From: Marsupella aquatica
Lineage: Eukaryota > Plantae > Marchantiophyta
Length of the DNA stretch: 64,000 nt
Assembly (NCBI GenBank): GCA_973895155.1
Contig: OZ316899.1
Location: 9,794,287 to 9,858,286 of the forward strand
Reading direction: 5' to 3'
Each line of letters starts with the position of its first letter. The stretch's first letter is position 1. Of the stretch, positions 23,701 through 35,561 are shown in pieces. Under the pieces are notes generated by a model. That model made no database searches. It was not told the DNA's origin and saw only the letters and a program-made list of their open reading frames with translations. The translations under genes and the position numbers were made by a program.

Positions 23701-26700
23701 GAAACTTGATGGCTTCTGAGCATCTGTTATGAAGTAGTCTACCACTGATTTATGTCCATTGGAGGAGTTCGTGGAGGTTGCTTGCCCAGAATCTGACAGC
23801 ACGGAAGTTGGTTAGCAGTCGCCTTACAAATTGATGTGGACAACTCAAGTCTGTATTCCCCCATTGGGAGGTCTACATGATTTAGTGAAGATCGAGCCAG
23901 GTCTCGCCGGGTTTGCTCCATCATGAATCAAGTGGGAAATTTGGAAGTTGTAACAGATCCACGCGCTGCTTGCAAATCATGCGTCACAGTTTGTTTGCTA
24001 GCTGTTCTGTGATTGAAATCTCTATGAACAGAATGTTTCTGGTGGTCTGCAAATACTGAGTCATTACACAGAGGGACGCGATTGGGAACTATCCTGACGC
24101 CGGTGCCGTGGTGCTGGTGGATATTAGCAATTTACATGGAATGATCGCGACTCCGTCTTGCCTCCTTAGCAATATTATCCATAAGAAGTGGCTTAGCTCA
24201 TCATTGAAGTGAATTGATGGAGTCCCTGCACTACCAAGAACGCAGTCCAGTTCTGCCCTTTATCATCTATTTCGTTTCCTAAGGGAGTGAATCTGAAATT
24301 CTTTCAGTTTGGGAATTCTGCTGATGTCGTGCTCATGCTCTCAACAACGAGAGAGATGGGAACCGTCAGATGTAGACTCCGGTAAATAACTGAAGTAAGG
24401 GGAAAAGTCTGCTCTCATGATGGTCAGGATTCGCTTTTCAAAAGAGAAAAAAATATAGGTAGATAGCCGAAAGTTCAGTCAAGCACTCAGACCGACCTCT
24501 GTCAACAGACTTGGATTTTCAGAGTACTTTCAAAGTTTAGAGTGTATCAAACATGAAGACATGACTAAAGGCTCCGTAAGTCAGTGCCTGGAAAATTTCT
24601 GGTAACCAGATAGATGATCACACGAACAGTGTTTAACGGCTCCATGGAAACTGGGAGTACCTGTCCGCGCAGAACAGCGAGAACAGTTAGTAGTCAACTG
24701 CTGGGGTACATACCAGCACGCACATTCTCTGGATTCAAAAAGCGTCATCCAAAGCCGCACGTCTAAAGTAATCGGAGCTTCCTGTGACATAATATCTCGC
24801 TGCCACACCTTCTTCGGTGACGTGCCATTTGGTGTCAACACAGCAGTCGGAAAAGCAGGTCCAAGGACCCTCATAGTATAGGCCGTTACATGGAGTCCTC
24901 AGAACGATACTAGTCTGTAACACATCAATGAGATACCGAAAAAATATCGAGAGAAAGCGAACTCAGATTGACATTCAAAAGTAGACCTATGAGGATAAAG
25001 AGGTATTGATCACCCGTAGGTGTACACAGATTGGTGACCAATCACGTTTGTCCTTATCTGATAATTCTAAGTACCTTATCAATTTGCTGTTACTTATCGG
25101 TAGCCACAAAATAGACAATGGTAAAAAAGAATTCTTCCGAGTAGTAGTCGATAAGTAGTCTCGGTCCAGTACATGAATAATAGCAAATATTATCGGCAGG
25201 GAAGTAACCGGTTACCTGAGACAGACAGAGAATCCTAGTGTCCTATCTGTTTCAGACTCTTGGGTGAGGTAAACATTCGGTACATCCATCCGTGTAGGGT
25301 GTCAGGTAGCATTTGAAAGCAAATGAATAGCATGCAAAAAATGTATCAAAAACCTTTCATCAGGACTTGTGCGTTGTCGGCAACATTACATAAGACAACT
25401 CTCCCAGTTATGGGAAGTTCAGGTCAATACAAACAGTCAATCGATGCCGACCAAGTCAGTTGATAAAGTCCATGTAACCCATGTCGCTAGAATTTACGAA
25501 ATCACCAGGGACAAGTACAGGTGTGCATAGAATCAATCGACATAGGCTGTGCTCTGCCTAGCCCAATCGAATCTACGATGCTGATTGCATATTGTAACTC
25601 AGGTGATGGATTCAGATGTAAACAGACCTTCGTTGGAGGGAGAGCGTCCTTCAGTACTGGAAGTCCAATTACCTAAACGTCAAACTCCAGTCGTAAGAAA
25701 TGCTAAGTTACCGGGAGCCAGTGGTAGTGTTATCACTAGTGGTATTCGGCAACTAACCAGTGACTGAATGGCAGAGTGAAAGCGATCGAAGGGAAGTGAA
25801 ATTACCCGTAAGTAGCAGTCTGCGAGTATTCATTATAGAAGTAATCGGGGTAGATAGACTGTGTTCAGTACGTCGTCTGATGACAGGTATTAAGGATTTC
25901 CAGATTCCAGGGTCCAGATTGAATTTGGTAGGTTTTAATCGTCCCACTCAATGAGCTGTAATGGTTTCATTACCGGTCACCAAATTCGCCGGTGTAGCTG
26001 GCGGTTGTTTGTTATGATAGTCCATGTATAACAGCATTGCACCTTGTGTCTGTCGTATCGGTTCATTTCACCTTCAAGGCGGGACTGAGTCATATTGGAA
26101 GAGAGCATCGGGGAACTGTGTAGGCACCGAATTTAGAGCAACAGTCGGGTAGGACAAAAGTCCCTTTGTATCGTATCCTAGTTCAAGGCAGTATTATTGG
26201 CCGTTTTCTTGTAAGCTGGCCCACCCGCCAGATCGTGAAGGACTGGTCATGTAGAGAAATCGGTATACGTTCTGCAATAGATAGTACTAGAGTTGGTGGG
26301 ATCCGCATGCGTGTGCTCAAAGATACAAGCATTCAAACAAGACAATCTTTATAAAAAAACCATTGTGGGTTAAAGCTGACCTATCATCCACATGGTTGCA
26401 AATCAGTTTTCACATAGCAATGAGTCACAGATAGAGTTTTAAATGAGGACATTCCTATATGAATCACACCCCGATAGAACTCAGGTCAAATTGTTAATCA
26501 ATTCTTAGCAATGATTCACGTTTCCAGCACAGAAAGTGTCCCTCATTCGATAGCCTGGCCACATACAAACATGACTTATAGACGGAATATTTTCGCACAG
26601 TGCACAGTGATAGATCATGCATATACTTCTATGGATCTCCCGGTTGAAGTGACATCAAATGGGTTATTAATGGACGACAGTGATACTCTGGTGTTGAGTC

Positions 26701-29700
26701 CACAATAGGTGTCAGGCGCGACATGCATCGCTACCTGAGAAATACAAAAAATTACTCCAGCCACTGACAGAATTGTCGACAAAACCAGCTGATTCTGTTT
26801 GCTCATCCTTTAGAAATCACGTAACCCAGTTTGAACATTCGCTAAGCTTGCATTCGGTTCCCAGGGTTTAGACAAAATATCGTTGCGAGCTTGGTCCTTG
26901 GGTATAGCACTCTGTATTAGTATTTTCGAGTCGTGAAAACCAGTGGGTTGGCTGTCGTGAAGGGAAGTTCTTGCATTTTTCTCAGTCTTTGGTTGTCAGT
27001 TTGACATTGTTAAGTTGGACCGTTTTTGCATTGTGCACACTGATTACAGAGTACACTCATCATTCACCGTTGAGTGGTCAATTTAGATACAGAAAAGCAC
27101 CCATTTTACAGAAAATTTCAATTGCGTTGCAGGTACGCATCTCCTTGTGCACTAATGAGCTTTGGGCTGGTCATTGTCGGTTATTTCATTTCATCCTGGT
27201 TTTGTGATTGCTCTGCAGGCATTTGCTGGTGACAGGGAAATGCTAGGCAAGGCAGAACAGGTCTGGACTCTGTCAAACTGCTTGAAGAGTTTCAGTCATA
27301 GCTCATGCCATTCTTCCGTCCTCTCAAAAATTCTAAGGTGTTGGTACCTATAAATTTTGCTAAACATGATGTGCAGTTTTTCCTTGAAATGATGAGGGTA
27401 CCTCGAATGGAGGCCAAGTTGAGAGTCTTCGCCTTCAAGATTAGTTTCACCTCACAGGTTTGTCGTGACTGCATCCCAACGTTTGTGGTTTTCGTCTTAT
27501 AAGCTCGCCAAAATTGCGTGCTACATTATAATTGTCCTTGCGCGACGTTTCGAATTTTTGTGTGCTGAAATCGTGACTCTAAATCAGGTTGCCGAGTTGC
27601 GACAGAATTTGGTGGTTGTTAATGAGGCATCAAGAGAGGTACAGATTCATCTAACCATCTTACTTTCCACCCAAGAGTGGTGATTTCTCATCACAGACCC
27701 ACAGAAGCTCAAGCAGTATACTTGCATGTGTCTCAGTGCCACAGATTCACTATTTCCCTATGTGCCAGGTGAGGGAATCTGTCAAGTTGCGACGCGTCAT
27801 GCAAACAATACTATCGCTGGGAAATGCTTTGAATCAAGGAACCGCACGAGGTAGAAACCTCCACATTTTTGGCATTTTGTTTGTTCTCTATGTCTGGTTA
27901 TGGGGACTCGTTCGTGTTTGTTTGTCTGCGTGGCTCTCTAATAGCAGTTTTGTCCTTGTGCAGGATCTGCGATCGGCTTTAAATTGGATAGTCTTCTTAA
28001 GCTCACTGATACACGTGCTCGAAATAATAAAATGACATTGATGCATTACCTGTGTAAGGTGTGGATCACTGGCTTTTTTCTTGGGTGGTCTTTCTATTGG
28101 TTATTTTTATAATTCTCCTTTTGAGGATAATTTAAACGCTATAATGTAGCATATTCATGAAAATAAATCTGTCCTGATATAGTGTTTCCTCCTTATAATT
28201 CTCCTTTTGAGGATAACTTAAACGCTATAATGTAGCACATTCATGAAAATAAATTTGTCCTGATATATTGTTGCCTCCCAGTTGAGGTTTCTTAACTACT
28301 TCGAATTCCTTCGTATTATGGTCTGGTATTTTCGATGATTTAAGCTCCTGTAACTGAATTTTCTCTATTCTTGCGGATCTATCTTGCTTCTAAATTATAT
28401 GAGTCCGTGAAAATGGGCAAGGTGTGAAATTTGCTTTACTCCCATGAATACACTGGGGCACACTAAAAGGGCCTCCTAAGAATTGGAAGTGTTTTTGTGA
28501 ATCGAGTCTGTTGACTTCGAGGTATGTGCTCTTTTTCAGGTTGTTGGAGAGAAGTTGTCTGAGTTGCTTGACTTTCACAAAGATATTATTCACCTAGAGG
28601 GAGCATCCAAGGTACCTAAGGCTAATGAACCGCGTATTCCTCCAAAAGTTATGTAAAGTGCCTTGGCAGAACGTGATTCTTGAATCCTCTGATCTTCATG
28701 TAGACGCTTGAAATATAATAGCTGAGGGCAACAAGTTGAAGCTTTGACAGCGTCCAGGTTTCTGAACCCATATGATCATCTTCATCACCAACTTTGTCAC
28801 CTACGTAATAAAATTGAAGCTGACCACTTTTGCAATCAGATCCAGTTGAAGAGTATGGCAGAAGAAATGCAAGCTGTGAGCAAGGGTTTGGAGAAAATCG
28901 AGCAAGAGCTGACGGCGTCAGAGAATGACGGACCCATTTCAGATAGCTTTCGCGAGGTACAAAGAATATTTAATACCACCTTGCAACAAATGTTTTCTCG
29001 AAACTGAAGTCCCGATGGGCTAAACGTTTCATGAGATGCCTGGATGGACCACACACCAAAAAAATGGTACTAAATAGTACTTTTCCTCTGAAAAAGTTGA
29101 CCTGGTGGTATCTGGGTTTCATGGGAGTGGTCGATCGTTTTCGTTATACTCAGTCTATCAATCATTTTGGACTCTCGAGTATTTTCATGTTTTCAATCCT
29201 TGATCAGCTCAGCCTTATGGGAAGCCAGGGTGGCTGATTTTAGAGAAGAATTTGCTACTGATTTGTTTTCCATCTGAACAGGTGCTAAAGGCGTTTTTGA
29301 ATTCTGCAGAGGCAGAAGTCAGATCTTTAGCGTCCTTGTACTCTGAAGTGGTAGGTGATGGTTTCTTTCTCTGTATACTTGGAAGTGTCATTAGTAACAT
29401 TTCATTAATGGTCTGGAGTTGACATTTTAGTGCTTTATGGAGAAATTGAGAAAACACTGTATTGATGGATGTCGATAGAGCAACTGTATCATGATCATAT
29501 GGATCTGTTAAGAACGTTGGGTTCTATTTTTTACTTGCGAGCAACTCGATGTCATGCTGCTATTCTCCACTGTTATCTGCAAGGGCTATTCTGCATGGTC
29601 ATTCTAGAAGATTGAAAGTTGCGGATCCTAATCTTGTCTGCCTACCAGCCGGATCCATCGCAATTCACACTTTTTAATTCTCGCTCTTTACGTGGATGAT

Positions 29701-32700
29701 ACAATTCTGCCAGTTCCAATAGTGACTTGCTGAATTGTCTTGACGCTTTTGTTGAGCGAAGAATTTAACATGACCCGCCTCGGGGGGAAAGAGTGTCACA
29801 TGCTTGGAATGTAGATCCAAAGGGATCGTTTCCAAGGATGGATCCGAATAAATCAGTCAACGTACATCAGCAATAAACTCAAACGATCCAACATGGAGAA
29901 TTGTAAACTAATATCAACACCTTTTGCTTTGGGTCTACACCTCAGCTAGGGACAACAAGGGACAATCTCCATAACTGTAAGAAACCGATTCCATGACATC
30001 GGTGCCTTCTCAAAGTGAACACCTTTTGCTTTTGGTCTACACCTCGGCAAGGGACAACAAGGGACAATCTCCATAACTGTAAGAGACCGATTCCATGACA
30101 TCGGCCCTTCTCAAAGTGCCACAGAAGCGTTATGTGGGCTATGGGGGTTCTCGACCAGACATTGCATTTTCAGGAAGTCCTAGTGGCCAATTGAGGTCCC
30201 AACCCCAGACCACTACATTGGACTGCACCAAAGATAGCTTTTAGGTACCTTCAAGGCACGAAGAACTTCTATCTTCAGTATACTTGGTCTTCCACCCCTC
30301 TACATCTACCAAGTTTCTCAAATGCTGCCTAGGGCGATGATGTGGACACTCGAAAGTCAACTAGTGGATTCTGCTTTATACCAGCAGGAGGAGCAGTGTG
30401 CTGGACAAGTAGAAATCTGTTACATTGTCCAGTACGGAAGTGGAGGTTATAGCATGAGCTAAACCTAGTATTGAACCTATATGGTTACGAAGACTTCTAT
30501 CTGATTTTGGTTTTCCTCAGAATATTGGAGAATGTTTCTGTGATAGGAGTGCTATCACTCTTATTTCCACTACTACGCATCATGATCCAACTAAACGATT
30601 TTTCAGGAGATTTAGACTTTTGTCTGTCCATTGTCTATGTAGCAGGTCCTAATCAGCACAGCAAGATTGTCCTTCCATCAGTTCTGGCAGGGTTAGTAAA
30701 GACTCAGTGCGAAGATTTGAGCTAGAATCTCTGTTTATTCCGAGAAAACTTTAAAGGGTGAAAAATCTTCCAGAGAACTTTAAATAAGAAGACAAGAGGA
30801 GCTCTGCTCGAAAAGTAGAGAACTCCTAGTAGCGTTCAGAGTCTGGATTGGCAGATTGTGAAGGCTGATACAGTCTTATTTAAAGAGAAGAAACTAACGA
30901 AATGTCAGTACGTGCACCACTAAATCTGCATGACACATTGACTACAGCAACTGTAGTGTATCGTTCAGCTGCTTAACTTTCTAAGATTCAGAAAATTTGT
31001 ATGCCGGACAAACCTAAATTGCAGGACGAAGAAAGGGCTGTAAGTTGCGGTGGAGTACAGGAATATTCCACCATGTGTAGGTAATGATAAGAAGCAGAAG
31101 ACAACCCGGCGTCAAAAAGAGGTTAAAAATCAAGAGATTTCGCCCCAACTACCAAGTCTCATCTTGCCTGATTTTCGGACAGTATTCAGTACTCTTGAAA
31201 ACAGTGCAATTTTTCATGTCTGTGGGAAAAGATACGAAATGTGACAGAGTTATGTACTCTTGAAGAAACAGTGCACTTTTTCATGTCTGCCTGGGAGAAG
31301 CTGCAAAAATGTGACAGTGTTATGTACTCTTGACAACTGTGCAATTTTTCATGTCTGTGTGGGAGAAGTCAGGTACAGACATCAGTATGCACAAGGATAA
31401 GAGAAATTTGAGAGTGTATCCCAGCACTTTGTGGAAGGGTTTTCTGGCTGCCATCTAAACAGCAAGGACCTATTGGCATCCTGTTTATTCAGCCCTGTAG
31501 TGATCTCTTTGTCTAGTGTAGTCTCGATGCAATGCTGATGTGGCCTAGGGCCTTTATGCTGTGGAGTTGTAGAATTTACTGGAGTCAGACGAGCGTGAGC
31601 ATCAGAAATTTCCGAGGAGCCCCTGACGGGCTTGTGGTGGAATGATAGACTCTTGGACAAGCTAAAAGCTATGAACTGTGGGGCAGCTGGTAATTAGGGC
31701 CTCGTCTCCAAGAAGAAGTGGAAAATATTGTCGTGAAGAGAAAGATTACCCTGGAAAGAGCAGAATAGGGATTTCAGAATAGAGCTAAAATTGGGTCGGC
31801 CAAGTCTTCAGACTTCTCAATTAAGCAGTAAAGGTCTTCGAGCTGGGTTTGCCTTCTGGTCACTTATGGGTGGTCCAGCAGTAGGAAACTGCTCAATAAG
31901 GGAGCAAATGATGAAGAGACCTTTGGGGACACTGGTCGTATCCCTCATCTTCAAAGTAACTAGGCTGTCCATGAGATGCATTTCGGTTACATCATCATGG
32001 CGCCCACATGGTCCGGACAACATTTTCCGGGCAAGGTGGAAGCGCAAATGTGTGGAAGTATGTATTTGAAAGGTAATTTATGTTAAAAGATAAATAGGCA
32101 CAATGGTGATGATCACAAGGTGTCTTGGTACAAGGGCTGTTTGCAGGTAATTGATTAGGACTGCCTGAAGAATTTAAGCGCCCTTCCCCCGATAGGCAGA
32201 GGCGTTTCCTCCAGATTTACATGCATTCCCCCTGTAGGCTATTTACCCAGCAGAGTGGAGGGACCAACACGGATGGAGGGACTAGCAGAGAAGAGGTTGT
32301 TACTTCAATTCCATCAACAATCTGATGAAGAGCTAGATAAGGTAAACATAAAGTGATTCCTCTTTGTGACCCTCCTACTGGGTTTACTCCTGAGCTTTAC
32401 CAGGCTTTTCTGTTTACTGCTCAGTAGGGCTTCAGTTCCTTTGCAATGGTGGGAGACTCCCGGGATTTTGGCTCCGTGGGCTTACTGGAGTTTTTCCCTT
32501 GCTCTCCCCTTTATTGGGTCTCTTGCCTTTTGGGATCCCGTCTCCCGGGTTGATTCGTTTTGTTCTTTGGGAATGTGTTATTTAGTATTTATTTATTAGT
32601 AACAAACTTAATTCAAAGTTTCTTGAAAATCAGGAATTTATGTTCAGGGGGAGAATGGGGGAGACAAATTAATTGCCTAATTGTAGGTGTCTATGAGGGG

Positions 32701-34461
32701 TTTACTAGAAACTCGCCTTCAGATGGCTGGATATTATTAATCACAGATTTTGCACCAAATGGCTAAAATCCAAGTCTCAGCGTACAAGCTTGTGATATTG
32801 TGCAGGAAAATGATTTCAGTCTTGGCAAAGGATTTCAGATTTGCTTGATTGAAAGGCCATCATTAATCTGTTACTTTGACGAATTTATCTTTCATAAAAG
32901 TGCCATTTAAGGTAGTATTTAAGAGAAAGTTCAGAGAACCGCAGATTTGAAAAGATTGTCTCCTTATCCAAAGTCAGCTATTCCGACTCTAGTTAATACT
33001 AACTTGGAAAATTCACACTCCAAGGGTATTAGGCGTAAAACGTACACAATAATGACGCGTAATGTTGAACTCATCATTACTAAAGGGACGCATGAATTAA
33101 AGGATCTTGCGTTTGGGAAAGGATGTCTATTTCCAACGGGCATCCAATCTAGACGAAAAGAGATGGATCACTGTCGTAATTCTTTGTATCCAGTTATAAG
33201 CGATCGGACTAAACAGACATTATGGTTCTAGCAGTCGCATCATGTACGTGATCTAATATCTCACGACATAGTATATGTGAGACATAGTTGTGACAGACTC
33301 GTCCTGTTCACGTTTAGAATGATCCTCTTCATTTCCTTAGTTGTGGGCTTGTTCTTTCTGGTCAACATACTAGAAAGTTCAGTATCGGAGTCCATCAGCT
33401 GAAACCTTCCCACCAGAGTGGTTGTAGAGATGCTGGTCGATTAGGAAGTAATGTGGGCTGGACTTCCTTCCTTGCTGGGGTCGCACGTGTAACTTGTCAA
33501 CTCTTCCTTTGAAATTTTATTTCATACGTCTGGCTTATTGATGCATTGTACAATGTGTACATGCACTCGATTTGTCAGATGATAATGCTTGGTTTTGGAG
33601 CAAGAGAAGTAAATTCCAAAGAGACAAACTCTTCGTTCTAAGTGAATCAACAAACTGGACAATAATATTCGGAGGAACTCTGAACCTTATTAAGCCCAAG
33701 GATTATATACTAGTTGCTTTCTGCCTTTTGGGTACTAGAATTATTCAGTGTACTTTGCCTCATGGACTTGTTTTCTTGCTTTCATCGTGACTACTTTCCT
33801 GGCGCTGATGTTGGGACCCACGGCTCGAAATTTAATTCATTCTTGATGCTTACATTTCGTAATGGTTTTATTGTCGAGAGGTTCGTAAGATTTAATTGTG
33901 TATTAAGATCCACAGACCTCATTGCAGGGAAGAAATGCAGATTCTCTAGCCCAGTACTTTGGGGAAGATCCTGCTCGATGCTCATTTGAACAAGGTATAT
34001 AATTGAAGATGCCGAAATGTTGTTTTTTTTGGTAATAGTTGAGCAGTTGTCCCTGAAATTAAGGTTTCTCTGTGTGAATGTATTCTGGTCATGTATCAGA
34101 TTTGCCTCAGATCGGAATGATAAACTCGTGTTTTCATGGATGTATTTATGTATGTAAAGAAAGTCACGCATGGCATCTTCGGGACTGGGGTCCTGCAGCG
34201 AAGTTCAGTCAAAAAGATTGCCTTAACGCTTCATGATCCTTGTCAAGCATTAATGGTACTAAGACTTTTGGTGGGTTCTACGCAGTAACGTCAATACTTT
34301 TGAATTTTGTACTTGCTTTCAAGCGGGCCCTGGAGGACAACATCAAACAAGCTGAGATGGAAAGGAAGAAGGCTGATAAAGAAGCTGAGAAGGAGAAGGT
34401 GAGAGGTTCTCCCTCAAAACGGGACGGAGAAAACCTTGCCAAGATCTCAAAAGCAGCCTAG
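8781..34461 (+). CDS. FOR2: Class II formin (PTEN-like/C2 + FH1 + FH2), 18 coding exons, ~1302 aa
   Basis: Exons, all with GT-AG introns and consistent phases (total 3909 nt): 8781-8853, 9549-10252, 10488-10709, 11058-11373, 11532-12975, 13181-13307, 13498-13569, 13742-13840, 27219-27260, 27377-27457, 27588-27638, 27769-27850, 27964-28058, 28540-28611, 28840-28956, 29282-29350, 33928-33994, 34286-34461. Motifs: MSLFRRFFYRRPPDGLLEITERVYVFD, HCERGGW, polyproline FH1, LKPLHWVK, IDLRRANNCEIML, GNALNQGTARG, GEDPARCSFEQ. The symbol denotes the class II (For2-type) family. The exon 4/5 junction is the least certain. Confidence 0.95.
9549..10252 (+). CDS. Formin exon 2: PTEN-like phosphatase domain
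   Basis: VFDSCFSTDV...MDYPRQYEGCPLL...LMHCERGGWPLLAF...PSQLRYLQY...GGCRPLVRIYG. Confidence 0.95.
11532..12975 (+). CDS. Formin exon 5: FH1 polyproline domain and start of FH2
   Basis: Many PPPPP tracts and GRGRGLAAPPPPP twice, ending in LKPLHWVKVTRAVQGSLW. Confidence 0.92.
14439..23400 (+). pseudogene. Endogenous viral element: decayed L polymerase gene of a Mononegavirales-like (Haploviricotina) negative-strand RNA virus
   Basis: Motifs in order across stops and frameshifts. RdRp: premotif A KEKK...RTF (16365-16408), A NFEK (16751-16762), B QGGE..QKKAWT (16941-16977), decayed C caagatacgaccagattgtc (17054-17073, 3 edits from a QGDNQIV coding sequence), D GMKLNLDK (17155-17178), E FFISKLP..QNG (17239 onward). 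PRNTase: A RANWRGTMDG (18630-18659), B FIGIT (18889-18903), C SWV (19000-19008), D NSPHRF (HR at 19135-19140). PRNTase B, C and D share one frame. Both ends are approximate. Confidence 0.75.
23700..26806 (-). pseudogene. Decayed glycoprotein-like gene, convergent with the L-like gene (part of the same endogenous viral element)
   Basis: ATG at 26806 followed by a signal-peptide-like MSKQNQLVLSTILSVAGVIFCIS. Cys/Trp-rich fragments PCNGLYYEGPWTCFSDCCVDTKW (24923-24735) and ECACW..NCSRC..HCSC (24874-24581). A hydrophobic-then-basic stretch FLWIILLRR near 24190-24160. No introns, many stops. Confidence 0.5.
27219..29350 (+). CDS. Formin exons 9-16: FH2 core
   Basis: AFAGDREMLGKAEQ / FFLEMMRVPRMEAKL / VRESVKLRRVMQTILSLGNALNQGTARG / GFKLDSLLKL / IQLKSMAEEMQAVSKGLEK, with canonical splice sites. 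Confidence 0.93.
28106..28270. repeat. Tandem duplication (~86-bp unit, 2 copies) in formin intron 13
   Basis: TTATAATTCTCCTTTTGAGGATAA..TAAACGCTATAATGTAGCA.ATTCATGAAAATAAAT.TGTCCTGATATA occurs twice. Confidence 0.85.
29680..30600 (+). mobile_element. Degenerate Ty1/copia RT-RNase H fragment in formin intron 16
   Basis: ALYVDD (gctctttacgtggatgat, ~29683-29700), STPF, RPDIAF, RYLQGTK, DTRKSTSGFCF. Confidence 0.8.
29916..30118. repeat. 102-bp tandem duplication inside the copia fragment
   Basis: AACACCTTTTGCTTT...CCTTCTCAAAGTG starts at both 29916 and 30018. Confidence 0.9.
31190..31368. repeat. ~65-70-bp tandem repeat, about 2.6 copies
   Basis: GTACTCTTGA..AACAGTGCA.TTTTTCATGTCTG..TGGGA.AAG...AAATGTGACAG.GTTAT repeated. 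Confidence 0.8.
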
Positions 34462-35561
34462 GATGGAAATCCTGGCAGTAGCAAACGATAGTCGAGCTAC
34501 ACCAATGGTGCCTGCCCGAATAAGTATTTCTCTGGACAAAAATTGGGTGAGTATTCCTGGTTCGAGTCTATATTGAAGTAAATCTAAGGTATCTTGGAAT
34601 GCAGCTCACTCCAGTTGTGTAGTCGAAAATCAACACCCTTGCCAGTGCATCCAGCCTCTGTTCTGAGCTAAAGGTGGCAAGGCAGTTAATTTAGAACGCT
34701 GTATAAATCTTGTAGGCTTGAGCTTAAGTAATCTTTTTGCATTTCTTCTGCTTAACAATAAATATAGCAGGAAAATGATTGACATGAGTTTATATAATCA
34801 TGTCCCAATTTCTCAATCATATCAGGAACACATTCAACTTGATTTCCCCATTCTGTCTGTCCGTGCAAAGCTGTTGCAGTCTCTTGTGGTGAAAGTATTT
34901 ACTTTGAGAGCACGAAAACACGAAAGCCAACACTATAGGCTTTCAGAGTGACTACTACCAGTCGGTGTACTCTTTGGTGTCAGCAAAGTGGGAAACGGTT
35001 TATGGGAAATTGACTGACGGGAACAGTCTTTATATTGGACTAATTTCTAGTTGTAATTATCCAAGAACTTACAAGTGGATGCAGGGTGGAAAGCTCTGAA
35101 GGTTATCCTTTCAGAGGGTGGTTGTTATTCTTTGGTCCCTTATCATTGAGAAAACCAAGAAGTTGGGTGTGGAGTGTTTGTATCTGTCATATGAAATTTT
35201 CTAATACCTTGAAGGATCCAAATGTCCCTAACGTTCTTGCAAGATATGGTGAGGGTGCCAAGTTAATCGGGTTCCTGGGGCGAAGTTGTATGGACTTCCT
35301 TGGAAATGAAGTTTGATGGACACATTGTGGGAGTTGTTTCAGAGGGTTTGTGAGCTGCGAGCAAACAGGAACTGTTGGCAGTGAGGAAGGGTTTGCTAAT
35401 GAGACAAGTCCAACTGCAAGCGAGTGACAGCCATCCACTAGTTCATATTAATTTACAGTCTGACAGGTACCCTTTGCCAGCAAGGTTGCAAGCATCAAAC
35501 AGTGTTTTTGAAATACCTCTGTTTCTGTTCAATGGAAAAGAGTTGGGATTCCAAGAGTTGG

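Noticed and set aside
31400-32330. Possible additional degenerate coding remnant in formin intron 16
   Set aside because: No motif could be identified with confidence.
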